Part shown: positions 12,656-24,396 of the stretch, in pieces
Position numbering within the stretch: the stretch's first letter is position 1
Layout of the letters: every line of letters starts with the position of its first letter
DNA from: Schmidtea polychroa
Taxonomy: Eukaryota
DNA: 64,000 bases
Direction: 5' to 3'
NCBI GenBank assembly: GCA_044892525.1
Contig: CM097885.1
Location: forward strand, 31,126,001 to 31,190,000
Position numbers and translations under genes: made by a program
The notes under the pieces: model-generated
Told to the model about the DNA's origin: nothing
The model's input: the letters and a program-made list of their open reading frames with translations, nothing else
Database searches by the model: none

Positions 12656-14190
12656 TACAAACTAGCGTCTGTATCCAGAATAAAGTTTCTATCCATTCTT
12701 GGGTAATCTAGAATTGGAGCTTCACACAACTTTGTTTTAAGTAATTCAAAACTATTGTTGCAATCTTCTGACCAATTAATCTTTTTCTCACAGCCGGATG
12801 TAGCTGCATGTAGAGGTTCCGCAATTTTCGCATAGTCTTTTATAAACTTCCTATAGTAATTGGTCATACCTAAAAAGGATCTTAATTGTTTAGCGCATAC
12901 TGTTATTTCTGCATCTTGAATCTCTTTAATCTTCTTGTCGTTCGTTTTTATCCCACTTGCACTTACAGTGTGCCCTAGGAATGTCAATTCTTCTTTATAC
13001 AGATTACATTTTTCTGGGTTAATTCTCAACCCCGCTAGTTGAATTCTTCTGAATACTTCCTCTAATCGGTTATTGTGTTCCTCTTTGTCTTTTCCATAGA
13101 CAAGAATGTCGTCGAGGTAGACAACAACACCCTTAAATAATATTCCATCCAACATTGAGTGTATCATTCTTTGAAACGTCGCAGGGGCGGTTGCTAGTCC
13201 AAAAGGAAGTCGGTTAAAACAAAACTGTCCTTGCCTTGTACTGAAAGCCGTGACCTCTTGAATTTCCTTCGCCATTCCAACTTGATAATATGCTTGACCT
13301 AGATCGATGGATGTGAAATATTTTGAATCTGCCAGACAATCCAGTAGAAATCGTGTATCTGGCATTGGAAAAGATATCTTTTCAGTGATCGCATTCAACC
13401 CTCTATAGTCGACACACATCCTTATTGATCCATCTTTCTTAGCCACAATCACTAGTGGCGCGTTCCATGCACTTTTGCATTTTCTAATAACTCTCGCTTC
13501 TAATAAGTTTGTGACAAGTTCGTCAAGCTTTTGTTCTAAATGCATTGGTTGTCTTCTTGGCTGTAACATTACAGGCCCACCTATTATATTCATTTCATGT
13601 TGAACAACTTTCGTAAACCCGAGATCAAACGTTGACGCCATAAAAATACCTTTGAACTTCCGTAGCAATATGTCTAACTGTTCATTCTTCCTGTCTCCAA
13701 GCATTAATAATGCTTTCTCTTCTCGTTGTGAGTCCACATATGTCCTCCCTACTTGTGATGCTTCAATATTGTCTACCTCTACCAGTCGAATACCAAATCT
13801 CTCCATTGTATCTACACCCCCAATGAAATCTGGACGTATATCTTTGACAACTATAACATTAATAATTCTTTTTTTCCCATTCCAATCAGCTTCTATCGTC
13901 ATTGCTCCTAACGGTCTTTCCATTCCCGTCGAAAATACTCCACAAAGAGAAATTGTGCTCTGCTTCAACCTCGGTTTCCCAATCTTTGTCCAACTTTTTT
14001 CACTCATAACTGATACTGACGCTCCAGAGTCCCAAAGCATGTCAATCGCCGTCATGTTTATTACAATCTTACTCCACTTTCTTCTGTCTGTCGTCTCATA
14101 CATCTTCTGCATCATGTCTTCATTTCGCTTCTTTCTACTGATTATTGTGTCGACCCCACTGACGAAATGAAAGCAATGGGATCGTCCTTG
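12625..14190 (-). CDS. pol: Gypsy pol (aspartic protease + reverse transcriptase + start of RNase H), truncated by deletion; expressed via -1 frameshift
   Basis: LWDSGASVS protease motif; RMCVDYRGLN, LPFGLATAPATFQ, YLDDIL RT motifs; FILDTDAS RNase H start, then a jump into integrase sequence. Confidence 0.9.
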   Translation of the reverse strand, partial: QGRSHCFHFVSGVDTIISRKKRNEDMMQKMYETTDRRKWSKIVINMTAIDMLWDSGASVSVMSEKSWTKIGKPRLKQSTISLCGVFSTGMERPLGAMTIEADWNGKKRIINVIVVKDIRPDFIGGVDTMERFGIRLVEVDNIEASQVGRTYVDSQREEKALLMLGDRKNEQLDILLRKFKGIFMASTFDLGFTKVVQHEMNIIGGPVMLQPRRQPMHLEQKLDELVTNLLEARVIRKCKSAWNAPLVIVAKKDGSIRMCVDYRGLNAITEKISFPMPDTRFLLDCLADSKYFTSIDLGQAYYQVGMAKEIQEVTAFSTRQGQFCFNRLPFGLATAPATFQRMIHSMLDGILFKGVVVYLDDILVYGKDKEEHNNRLEEVFRRIQLAGLRINPEKCNLYKEELTFLGHTVSASGIKTNDKKIKEIQDAEITVCAKQLRSFLGMTNYYRKFIKDYAKIAEPLHAATSGCEKKINWSEDCNNSFELLKTKLCEAPILDYPRMDRNFILDTDASLYQHISINLTV

Positions 14191-15362
14191 TTTTTTGGTT
14201 TATCCATTGATTTTTTTATCGTTTCTTCGTAATTACTGTAAAAATCTTCTGTGAAATCACCATTATTTCTTTCGTGATCTTCTTCGTAAATACATGCCAC
14301 TCTCTTCTGATATCCATTTCTATTTTTAAGCAAAAAACAATCTCTGAATCCATGACCTTGTTTTCCACAGATTAGACATTTGTCTTTCATAGGACATTCA
14401 AAACGCCGGTGCCCTTTTTCTCCACAACAAAAACACTGACCTGGTGTCAGTTTCACTGGATGAGGCGAATCTCTTCCTTTGCTGTTATTAAATAACCTTC
14501 TTGCAATATCTTTAAGCAATACTGTAGGTATTCTTCTCTCTGGTTCTCCTGTCTCATATCGTCCTCTATACCGCTCATTTTCATTCTTGTCTTCATTTAC
14601 AATTGGTACAAACCGACCATTACCAGGTCTATTCCTCTCATGATTAATCTCTCGGTGTTCGTCGCGTTGATGTGCAGTTGTCTTCACAATTGTTCTTTGG
14701 TCTCGTCTACCCTCGAATTTACCATTTTTCATCACTGATGCGTAAGAGTCTCTTCTTATGGCATCAATATTTAATTTATTGTCATTCGTCATCTCGATCT
14801 TCTCCTGAATTTTTACCATATCCCTGGCATCTTCAAAACTTGTCACTTTCCTTGATAAGAATATTTCTTTTACTCTATCGTCTTTCGCTCTGTTTGAAAT
14901 AATGTCTCGAACAAATACACTTTTAACTAAACTTCTTACTCGTATTTCGAAGACTTGGAATCTTTCATCTCTTTCTTGCTGAATTTGAGCTAGTTCCACA
15001 ATCTTGTTAGTAATGGTTTTCCTTACTGTAAAAGTTTCTATAAACCACTCTTTTGCCATTTCATCGGTCATCTTCGCTATTTTAGCCGCTTCCCATAACA
15101 TCGATGCCGCATCTGTCAACAAAAGATCCAATGCGTCTACTAGACTTTGATCTTCTATTCTCAGCCATTCCATAATATCCTTTAGCCAAAGTTCGGCTTC
15201 AGATCCAACTTTTCCGTCAAACTTTCTGACATTAAAATTTAGCATCTCACGTGCTTGTTTTGACAAGGAATCTAACATATTCTTGGTTCCTTTCTTTTTT
15301 CCTATCGCATTGATTTCCTTGGCGTGGTCGCCAGTTATGATGTCTTCAACTTCTAAATTCAT
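14142..15362 (-). CDS. gag: Gypsy gag with two CCHC zinc knuckles
   Basis: 406-aa ORF; CFCCGEKGHRRFEC and CLICGKQGHGFRDC. Confidence 0.9.
   Translation of the reverse strand: MNLEVEDIITGDHAKEINAIGKKKGTKNMLDSLSKQAREMLNFNVRKFDGKVGSEAELWLKDIMEWLRIEDQSLVDALDLLLTDAASMLWEAAKIAKMTDEMAKEWFIETFTVRKTITNKIVELAQIQQERDERFQVFEIRVRSLVKSVFVRDIISNRAKDDRVKEIFLSRKVTSFEDARDMVKIQEKIEMTNDNKLNIDAIRRDSYASVMKNGKFEGRRDQRTIVKTTAHQRDEHREINHERNRPGNGRFVPIVNEDKNENERYRGRYETGEPERRIPTVLLKDIARRLFNNSKGRDSPHPVKLTPGQCFCCGEKGHRRFECPMKDKCLICGKQGHGFRDCFLLKNRNGYQKRVACIYEEDHERNNGDFTEDFYSNYEETIKKSMDKPKNKDDPIAFISSVGSTQ
14151..14196 (-). promoter_or_regulatory. -1 programmed ribosomal frameshift signal (slippery heptamer + stem-loop)
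   Basis: A_AAA_AAC in the gag frame (14196-14190), 5-nt spacer, 11-bp stem CGAUCCCAUUG/CAGUGGGGUCG; the -1 frame is closed by TAA just upstream and open from here into pol. Confidence 0.8.
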
Positions 15363-15448
15363 AAGATCAATAATAAATGCAGTTAAAATATATTTTTCAA
15401 AAAAACGCTAAAAACAATATTATTAAAACAAACAACTTTTCCATAACA
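15333..15448 (-). repeat. 5' LTR
   Basis: Direct repeat of 12019-12133 (one extra T, different first base), abuts the PBS. Confidence 0.93.
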
Positions 15449-15751
15449 GTTCATTAATCAAATATTTATTGTTTGCTTTCTTTTGTAAATAATACCTTCT
15501 TGACATTTATAATGACAACTCACTGTTTTCAGTATTTGAGTTTACTGTTCATATCCATGCATATCCAATTTATGATGAAAAATTATATATTCTATATTGA
15601 TTCCTCTTGCTTCAAATATTTTGTTTTGTACAATTTCCGGAGCACAATTCAAAATATCATTTTTGATTTCTGGATAAATTTCATATATTTTATTAACAAG
15701 AATTTCTATTTGATAATCTGAACCTTTTTATTTCCATAGGTCACATTGAAA

Positions 15752-15960
15752 TTTGCGGCCTTCAAATGAGGCCGCAGTCAAAAAGTATTTCGTTTATATT
15801 TCGTTCTTTGTACTCGGCGGGATGCTTGTACAGTACGGTATATATACAATTCAGTAGTTACAAGCATTTTTATTTGTAAATCCTCAAAATTCATGGTTTT
15901 TTAATATAAATTAAGATTTATTTTGATAAGGCTCCGGAGGCCGCAGGTTCCCCACCTCTG
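15752..15960. mobile_element. hAT/Charlie-like terminal fragment
   Basis: GCGGCC subterminal motifs, end GGTTCCCCACCTCTG followed by ATCTAAAC (Charlie-type target); other end not found. Confidence 0.55.
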
Positions 15961-17254
15961 ATCTAAACATAAAAAAATATTAAATATGAAAATAGAATTT
16001 TTAACGATTCCCAAAAACTGAATCATTTTAAATAAAGTGATTGTTAAAGTTTATAATATTTATAGCTTTGATGGACCAACATTATTTCCAATTTTGATAA
16101 CAATTCAATAGTAATTATGAGATTTTTAACCAAGTGCGTCAATTTTCCAACTGAAAAATAAATATTCATACAACATTTTATAAGTTTCAAGCCAGGGAAT
16201 ATTTCTAGTTCAAATTTACATTTTGGTTTCCTTGACAAATATTGCAAGTTAGTTCTTTGTTTGATATCAATAGTAATTGAACATTATTGAAGAAGAGCAT
16301 ATCTTTATTATAATGTATGCTTTGAAGAGATTTCTTACAACCCATTATTCGACATTTCCCTGTCTTGAAAAATGATAAACTGGTTTAAATCATGTGCTCC
16401 TTTTTAGTATTTTTCATATTTAAGATTTGAAATAATGATAAGTTTTAGGTTTTATACAGGCACTGTTTCATATACACACATCTCTTATTTGATTTGAACA
16501 TTTATTCTAGCAACTAACAGATATCAAAAAGATATCAAAATCAAATATATTTTATTCGTGTCTACCTTCAGTATATTTAAACGAAGAATTCGGCCCAGAA
16601 TTATCGAGACGAGGAAAAGAAAGTATTCTAGACGAACTATACGAAAGTATTACCGAAAATACTTAATTAAGGTTTTTTCTTCTTGAATTTTAATAAAAGT
16701 TGAAAACTTTATTCGTTAGTTATATTTCATTCTTATTTTGTAATTATTTTAGTATTTTTACCAGTCAGGTTGGATAAAGCAATACATACAAGTATCCCGA
16801 CGGTCCCGCCACATATTTTTACTGGACACTCTTTCGGGCTCTACACATTCTCTTCACATACCAAGTTACAAAATAGTCGTGAAAACTTCACAAAATTAAC
16901 ATATCCTATAGCCATATCACTTTCACCAACCGACAAAGAACTAACGATTAATTAATAATAATAAGACCACAACAAGACCACGATAAATAATAAATAACTG
17001 ACAACTATAAGATAACCTAATAACATTCAAATTTCAAATTTCAAAAATATATTTTCACAATAAATTTTTCAATAAATAAAGGAATCACTTTTTTATTAAT
17101 ATACTATTCATTTATCTTAGTTTATTTTGAAATCAAAATTCATGATGCGATATTGATAATAATAAGTAGATTGATTGGAGCTCCCCAGGCCAGGAGCTCC
17201 CCCGGCCACATATACCCCCTCCCCCCCCGGGAAAATTTTTTTTTAAATAAAAAG

Positions 17255-18085
17255 TCAAGGTCATTTATTTATTTTTTTTTTAATTTAATTTTTTGTTTTA
17301 ATTAATTGGGCGGGCGGGCTCACACTTTTTTTTTTTTAATGTTCCTGCCAACAGATTTTATTGGACGATAGCTCATCTTAAAGCCCAATGCAAGACCTTT
17401 CGAATGAGCTATTGAAGGTATCATCATCATTAACATCGGCAAAGTTATTAACGTTTTCCCGAGACCATTTTTCAAGGTCATTTATTATTTTCAAGGTCAA
17501 ATTTTTAAATAAAAGGTCAAGGTCAAGGTCATTTATTTTCTCAAGGTCATTTATTATTTTCAAGGTCATTTATTTTTTCAAGGTCATTTAATTTTAATTA
17601 TGTGGCCGGGAGGGCTCACACTTTTTTTCATCCAAAAAATTAATGTTCCCACCAACAGATTTTATTGGACGATACCTTATTTTAAAGCTCTGTGCAAGAC
17701 CTTTCTAATGAGATATAGATTTCTATCATACAATGACTCATCACATTTTTAGAACAAAGACAATGACTCATTCGTTGTCTCATCATATTTTTAGAACGAT
17801 GACTCATCAAGGTCAAGGTCAAATTTTTAATAAAAGGTCAAGGTCATTTATTATTTTCAAGGTCATTTATTTTTTCAAGGTCATTTAATTTTTAAATAAA
17901 AGGTCAAGGTCAAATTTTTAAATAAAAGGTCAAGGTCAAATTTTTAAATAAAAGGTCCAGGTCCAGGTCATTTATTATTTTCAAGGTCATTTATTATTTT
18001 CAAGGTCATTTTATTTTTTCAAGGTCATTTATTTTTTCAAGGTAATTTAATTTTTCAAGGTCATTTATTTTTTCAAGGTCATTTA
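17255..18085 (+). repeat. Subterminal tandem array of TCAAGGTCA-containing units (about 18-19 bp)
   Basis: About 20 copies of TCAAGGTCA, most followed by TTTATT(A)TTTT. Confidence 0.9.
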
Positions 18086-18574
18086 TTATTATTATTATTA
18101 TAATTATTATTATTATTATTATTATATATAATCTATCCGACAAAATATTCTGTCCCACTATGGGTATTGCTCACCAGGGTACTACTCACACTCAACAAGT
18201 CTCAAAGGGTATAATATAATTATTATTAAATTCTGACCAACTTAAAACAATGAAGGGGTAGAACAAAAATATATTACGTTGCGATATTTTAAATTTAAAA
18301 ATATTTTAAAAACTTATTTTGACACTAAAGTTTAGTTAATTAACAAAGACATAATTATTGCACATACTTTGCATAAATATTATTATTTTTTAAATTTTCA
18401 ATATTTTCTTTTAAAGTATTAACATGCGCGGGAGTTATTATTATTATTATTATTATTATTGTTAATGAAAAATCTAAAATATGGTTTACACACACAACCC
18501 CTCAACCATTATTATTATTATCAATATTAAAAACCTAAAATATTTTCTACACACACACACACAACCCATTAAAC

Positions 18575-18670
<96 letters not shown>

Positions 18671-18784
18671 GTTAATGAAAAATCTAAAATATGGTTTACA
18701 CACACAACCCCTCAACCATTATTATTATTATCAATATTAAAAACCTAAAATATTTTCAACACACACACACACAACCCATTAAAC

Positions 18785-18834
<50 letters not shown>

Positions 18835-19124
18835 CATGTATTTTTAGAACGATGACTCATTCGATGACTCATACGATGACTCATAAATTATTATTATTTT
18901 CAAAAATATTATTAAGTGGTCTGGCGGGCTCCTGGTATTCGTTTGCTCAAAACTTAATGTTCCCACCAACAGATTTATCTACTGATATATAAATATTATT
19001 ATCATATATACTCTTATTCTATCCGACAAAATATTCTGTCCCCCTATGGGTAATGGTCACAAGGGTACTACTCACACTCAATATGTCGTAAATTATTATT
19101 ATTATTATTTCAAATACAAGTTCA

Positions 19125-19191
<67 letters not shown>

Positions 19192-19449
19192 GCAAATATT
19201 AGTCAAAAACATAAAAACACACACTCAACCAATTAACAATTATTATTATCAATATTATTATTATTGCAAATACTAGTCAAAAACTTAAAATTTTTTTTTT
19301 TACACACACACAACCCATTAACAATTATTATTATCAATATTAGTGAAAACCTAAAATATTTTCTACACACACACACAAAACCCATTAAACTTTATTATTA
19401 TCATTATTATTATTATAATTATTATTATTATTAGTGAAAAAACCTTAAA

Positions 19450-21067
19450 TAATTTTTACACACTAAGTTATGGGGTAGAGTATTATTATGTTTGCAGTAT
19501 TCTGTGTTTGCCTTCACAGGAAGTTGTCAATAAGGAGCGATAATTTTACACACACATTCTATATACACATACCTTGTTTAACATGGGTGTATATACTCCT
19601 AGTCTATCCGACAAAATATTCTGTCCCCCTATGGGTATTGCTCACAAAGGTACTACTCACATTCAATATATCGCAAGGGTATATTAATTAAGGTTAGTAA
19701 ATAAAACTTATCACACACACTATTTAAACGATAAAAATCAAGACAAGAGAGGACAAGGCAAAGTTTATGCGTTTAGTATTGCCAGGCCTAATGAGCAGTG
19801 ACCAAATATCTGTGCCTGAAAGACACGGTGGATATTTGTTCGCGTCCACAAGGGTCGTCTGTGCCTTCCCCAAGTGGGGTCAGAAGAACCTGGGCATTAT
19901 AGCTTTCCGTACGGAACATTACGCCTAGCATGGGTAGTCAACTACCAGTACATTCGAAACGTATAATTTCAAAATACATGCGTCATTGGCACTATAACCA
20001 AATTAATTAATGTTTTCACTAACACAAATATATATTTACAGAGGCCTCCCACTAGTTGGATTACAACCGCCCACCACGACGATCAGCTTGTAAATATATA
20101 TTAATTAAGGGATAAAGAGGACCCACCCAACCCTATTATATTTAATTTACAAATTTTTCTCGCTCTTCTGCTGGTATTCTATCTCAAAATTATCATCTCC
20201 ATCGGGCCATTTGGAATACATGTTGCAAATTGGACGTATTTCTTAGTCTCTGATGCGGTGTCAACTATCATTGCTAATATTTATATTGATTTAAAAGCAA
20301 TTAACTTACATTATCTAGCATTTTATCGTCACAGGCTTGATAAATTAGGCAACTGTTATTTGTGGTATACTTTTTCAATGTCATTTCCCACCATAAAACA
20401 CAGATACCTAAATATAAAATATATATATATATATATTTTAAAGAATTAATTCATGTCTTACATTAATAATAATATTCTTCAGGTAGTACTTTACAATATC
20501 TAATTGCTAAAACATCGGTTTTTCCCATTTTTCTTGACATTCGTTGAAAGTTTACATAATTTAAGTCTGATAATTCATGTTGAAGGACACCCACAATCAG
20601 CTAATTCATTTAAGAAATCCAGAACATAGCAATGTTTCACCATTTTGTCTGGTTCATTTTCTTCTATAATTCATGTTTTAATAAGAAATTTCTAAATCCA
20701 GAACATAAGTCATTTAGTGTTTCACCATTTTATCTGGTTCATCTTCTTCATAATTATATAATTCATTTTCTTCATTACTAAGTAAAATAATTAAAATATT
20801 GTAGTAAATTCTTTATTTACTTACTTTATGGATACTAAAACGAAAGAAATAAAGTTATATCAAAAGTATATTTAAATAATTTAAATTTAAATAATTTAAA
20901 TTTAGTTATTTAAAAATATTTAAACAATTTAGTTATTTAAGCATATTTAAACATTAACATTATTATATAGTATAATTTTATGTATTCTAAATTTATTAAT
21001 AAATATAGTATAATTTTATATAATTTTATGTACACTTATATATCCTTCATTTAATTTTTTAAATTCA
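19450..21067. repeat. Left inner arm of a near-identical ~1.6-kb inverted repeat
   Basis: Reverse complement of about 24397-26020; ORFs 19488-19691(+) and 25775-25978(-) are nearly the same peptide. Confidence 0.93.
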
Positions 21068-22092
21068 GTACCAATTGTGAGCAGTACCCATAGAGGGAGA
21101 AAATATCTTGTCGGATAAACTCAGAGTATATATAATAAAACGAATTAACAATAACTCCATCAAATTGAATCAGTCAAATTAACACAAATTTTGATAAAAA
21201 ATCTTATTCTAAAATGTTAAGAAGCGTAAAGTCGAAAGATAATTTTAATAACACCGAGATAAATTAACAATATTATTCTCAGGTGGTAAGAATCTTCATT
21301 AAAGTGAAATGAAATATTTAGTGTAAAATAGTAAATTTAATAATAATTGCTAATATTAAAGGACTTAATCAAAATTTAAAATATGAATTTATCATAATTA
21401 CTCTGTCAAATACCCTTCACGGTTTCTTATGTAAGAAAATAATCATTTGGGGATTAAATACTTTATTAAATAAAAGTTTATCGCATTATTAAAATATTTT
21501 AATTCGTGAGTAGCTCATATAATAGAAATAATTTTATTTATATATCCTCATCACTTATAGCCGCCGATTCTCGATTTCCCAATAATTATTATCATTTAAA
21601 TTCTCCGGGCAAATATTTCTTTTAAAATTGTATTAAATATTTTTTTATTAAAGTGAACGTTTTTATGAATTTTTATGAAATTTATGAATTTTATGAAATA
21701 ATTTTAAATAATTACAATTAATATATATCCATGCCACTTCTCTGTATGTTTTCATTGACCTTCCATAATCCAATAATGAATAATTCTAACACTTATTTTA
21801 ACCCCTTTGAAGTTTATTATAATTTTATGACAGAATAATAAATAATTTCCTCACTTTAATGAAGATTCTTACCACCTGAGAATAATATTGTTAATTTATC
21901 TCGGTGTTATTAAAATTATCTTTCGACTTTACGCTTCTTAACATTTTAGAATAAGATTTTTTATCAAAATTTGTGTTAATTTGACTGATTCAATTTGATG
22001 GAGTTATTGTTAATTCGTTTTATTATATATACTCTGAGTTTATCCGACAAGATATTTTCTCCCTCTATGGGTACTGCTCACAATTGGTACTG
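21066..22092. repeat. Nested inverted repeat, arms about 21066-21307 and 21851-22092
   Basis: CAGTACCAATTGTGAGCAG...CTTCATTAAAGTGA versus its near-exact reverse complement, about 540-bp spacer. Confidence 0.92.
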
Positions 22093-24396
22093 CTCGTAAG
22101 GGTACTGGTCGTAAAGGTACTGGTGTGTTTTAATGATTTTATTTAGGCAAATTTTTGGTTATTATTTAGCATTAAATTCATTGGTAATTTTTAGAGTTAG
22201 CGGGATTTTACTAACATTATTACTAACCTTTTTGTGAATAATTGAAAGAATATTTTGAAATTTAACGTTTTAGTGTTAATTCTAAGACAAATTTAATTAA
22301 TTTCTTGATAATTTGCTATATTTTATTGACTTGTTTTTAAATTTACTTTTAAATAAAAATTATTTTTAATGACAGTTAGGTTAATAATTAGAGTTTTTAC
22401 AATAATCAAGTGATTATTATTTTATTTTTGTAAAAATTATTGTAAAATATACTGAAATTTGTGATTTTGAAAGATATATCACGTTATAATTGCTATATAA
22501 TTAGTTGAATCGATGAAGAATTATGATCAATCAATATATTTCATCTCTAGTTAGGTATTTGATGGTAAATGTGGTGAAATATTTGTAGAAAATATTGATT
22601 TTAGTGAATTTTGATCTTTTAGTGGGCTCTTACTACATGAATTTAGATACTAAATTATTTCAATGGAAGGATGTCTGTAACAATTAAATAAAATTCATAT
22701 TTTGAAGAATTTTCTATGGATTTTAAGAGAATTGATATATTAAAGGTCTGATATATTAAAGTCGGTTGGTTAAGATGGTAATATATGTTTTTTAAGGGGG
22801 TGTTTAAAATGATAGAAATATTTGGTGAGGGATCGGTTAAGGTGGAAATGTTTGAAATCTCTATTTAAATCGACAATGTTCTTATTGGTAAAATTTTAAA
22901 GGGAAATAGTCAGTATTTAGCTATGAATTAATAATAGTTCCTGTGAAATTATATCGTTTTAGAGGTTTATTAGGTTGTGATGAATGTTATTGCACAGTAA
23001 TTTAGATTTATGTTTTAGAACCAGTTTTTTATTAATTATCCACTGTTTTATTAAGTCGTTTAGGGTTAATGATCAATTTACTTGGTTTTCACAATGAAAT
23101 ATTTGAAATCTTTAGAATTAATTGGGATTGATATCAAAGGTTATTGCTTTAAATTATTTACTTAAGAAGTTATTTTATTCATTGTGGGGACATCAGTGAC
23201 AAAACTTGAGAAATATTGACTTAAAAGTTGGAAATCAACAACAGCTAAAGAAAGTTGATCTTTATTGAAGGAATTTTATGATTTTAATTAGATTTCTAGA
23301 AATTAAATCGGTTGAATATTAAAGGTAAAATCTATTGAAGGAATATTATTATCGGATGGATAAATCTTTCAATGATATTTTGCTAAATTACCTTTGCTAA
23401 ATATTATTTTAAATGACTAAAAATAACAAAATTAACCAATATTCATAAATTTATCGCACAAAATATCCATGTTTTGGTTACTCAAACATCTTAAATTTCT
23501 CGCAAAGATATATTACGTCTAATGATCATCTAATTAAATTAGAAAATAATTGTTACTTTATAATATATATTTCTAACTAATAAGCCCCTTAATTGGATAA
23601 ATGATAACCATATTTCTATTATGACTCCTTTAATTATTTTTGCCTCAAACAAATTTACTCCAAATGATAAAGAATTTAAAATTATCAATGAATAAAGACC
23701 ATGTTTTCTCATATTATTAACTATTGTAACGAACATTAGATGAATAAATTAATTTTTGCTTTAAATGACTACAAAGTTAACCAATAAATTAGTCGCTTGA
23801 CATAAGTGTAAAGTTACATTTAAAATATTCACAAATTTCTGATTATCTTACCTAAGAATTTCTAAATGAATAATATACCCTTGTGACATGTTGATTGTGA
23901 CCAGTACCCTTGCTAGCAATACCCATAGGGGGACAGAATATTTTGTCAGATAAACTAGGAGTATATGGTCTTTATTGATATATCAAAATACTGTTATTTA
24001 TAAATCAACTAAAAATACTCAAAAATACTATATTATTTTACTGAATGATACCTTAAATGTTTTTAATATACATATTTCTAAAATAAATCAACAGTTCAAA
24101 CCAACAACATGTATGCAAGACCACCCATTGTTAATTTATTTCCAGTGTCACGTCCCTCAAAAATACCGTGAGTGTTTTACCAAAGCTGAGCTAAAAGAAA
24201 CTTTCCAGATAACAACTCACCTGAATGTTTTGAACAAAAATGAGCGAAATTGAGAACAAACGATTAGATGGCGATTAACTTCTGGCCACAACCCTAACAA
24301 CATGAAAATTAAGATTTTAATTATTGAATTCGTTTTTTTCTGTCTGGAAATACTAACAGAATATTTTTTAATTCAAAGAATCTTCATTATAAATTT

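Larger units (their letters stand above)
12019..15448 (-). mobile_element. Ty3/Gypsy LTR retrotransposon, internally deleted (about 3.4 kb)
   Basis: Two near-identical ~115-bp LTRs, PBS TGGCGACCACGCC at 15333-15321, PPT AAAGAAGGGGAG at 12145-12134, gag-PR-RT-(RH)-(IN) order. Confidence 0.95.

Noticed and set aside
13652..14902. Plus-strand ORFs of 172 aa and 76 aa
   Set aside because: Antisense shadows of gag/pol with no independent motifs
16770..16900. Minus-strand EENV*SPKECPVKICG resembling a PPP phosphatase start
   Set aside because: Contains a stop and lacks GDxHG; likely chance
19765..19970. Call as a functional hammerhead ribozyme or as an IscB/Fanzor omega-RNA
   Set aside because: Core is CUAAUGA with no proper stem I; GTCAACTACC is only a 10-nt resemblance and no TnpB/IscB/Fanzor ORF is nearby; kept only as a candidate structure
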